This document shows, one piece after another, positions 63,878 to 64,000 of a stretch of DNA of 64,000 nucleotides. The stretch lies in NCBI GenBank assembly GCA_963806535.1, contig CAWDYC010000005.1:338316-402315 (forward strand), in the 5' to 3' direction. Positions within the stretch are counted from its first letter, which is position 1; the number at the start of each line of letters is the position of its first letter. A program made the translations under genes and the position numbers. A model generated the notes under the pieces. It was given only the letters and a program-made list of their open reading frames with translations. It was not told the origin of the DNA and did no database searches. The stretch comes from Candidatus Bathyarchaeota archaeon (GTDB lineage Archaea; Thermoproteota; Bathyarchaeia; Bathyarchaeales; Bathycorpusculaceae).

Positions 63878-64000
63878 TGAAACCATGAGAAAAAAATCAC
63901 CGTTATAACAAAGATCCAAATAAGAATCACTGAAGAACTAAAACCCTCTGCGCACTTTACCAATAGACATTATTTAATCAAGTATTATAGTATTTTTACT

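Noticed and set aside
1-64000. Autonomous mobile element (transposase, integrase, provirus)
   Set aside because: No ORF with recognisable DDE, tyrosine/serine recombinase, TnpB or viral hallmarks.

Overview
Archaeal chromosomal segment, most likely Bathyarchaeia. This is an inference from archaeal-type TrpS and type II Map, an unlinked 5S rRNA, DUF1512, COG1665-type nucleotidyltransferases, TrmB/Bat regulators and a PEF-CTERM motif. Single-base indels split many genes, including essential trpS, so most frameshifts are probably long-read consensus errors. Layout: (1) 1-15.4 kb, accessory efflux/regulator patchwork (PadR, MarR, Bat-type HTH, two MFS, ABC-2, an unusual CDF) with duplicated promoters, readable operators and two tRNA 3' fragments; (2) 15.4-27 kb, core-like block (tRNA-Ile, radical SAM, 5S rRNA, DUF1512, map, trpS, three paralogous nucleotidyltransferases) bracketed by inverted copies of a non-coding repeat; (3) 27-42 kb, small proteins, CDGSH/thioredoxin, signalling genes, S53 protease, TrmB; (4) 42-60.5 kb, surface-glycan locus with a heptose pathway plus transaldolase, interrupted by a toxin-antitoxin block; (5) 61-64 kb, LamG gene and two hicAB pairs among gene-end relics. 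The strongest unexplained signal is a dispersed modular non-coding element: a conserved G/T-skewed handle ending TTGCAGGTTG(C/A)GTC, followed by arrays of 10-bp units whose sequence type and copy number vary between copies. All family assignments come from motif recognition by eye, not database searches.
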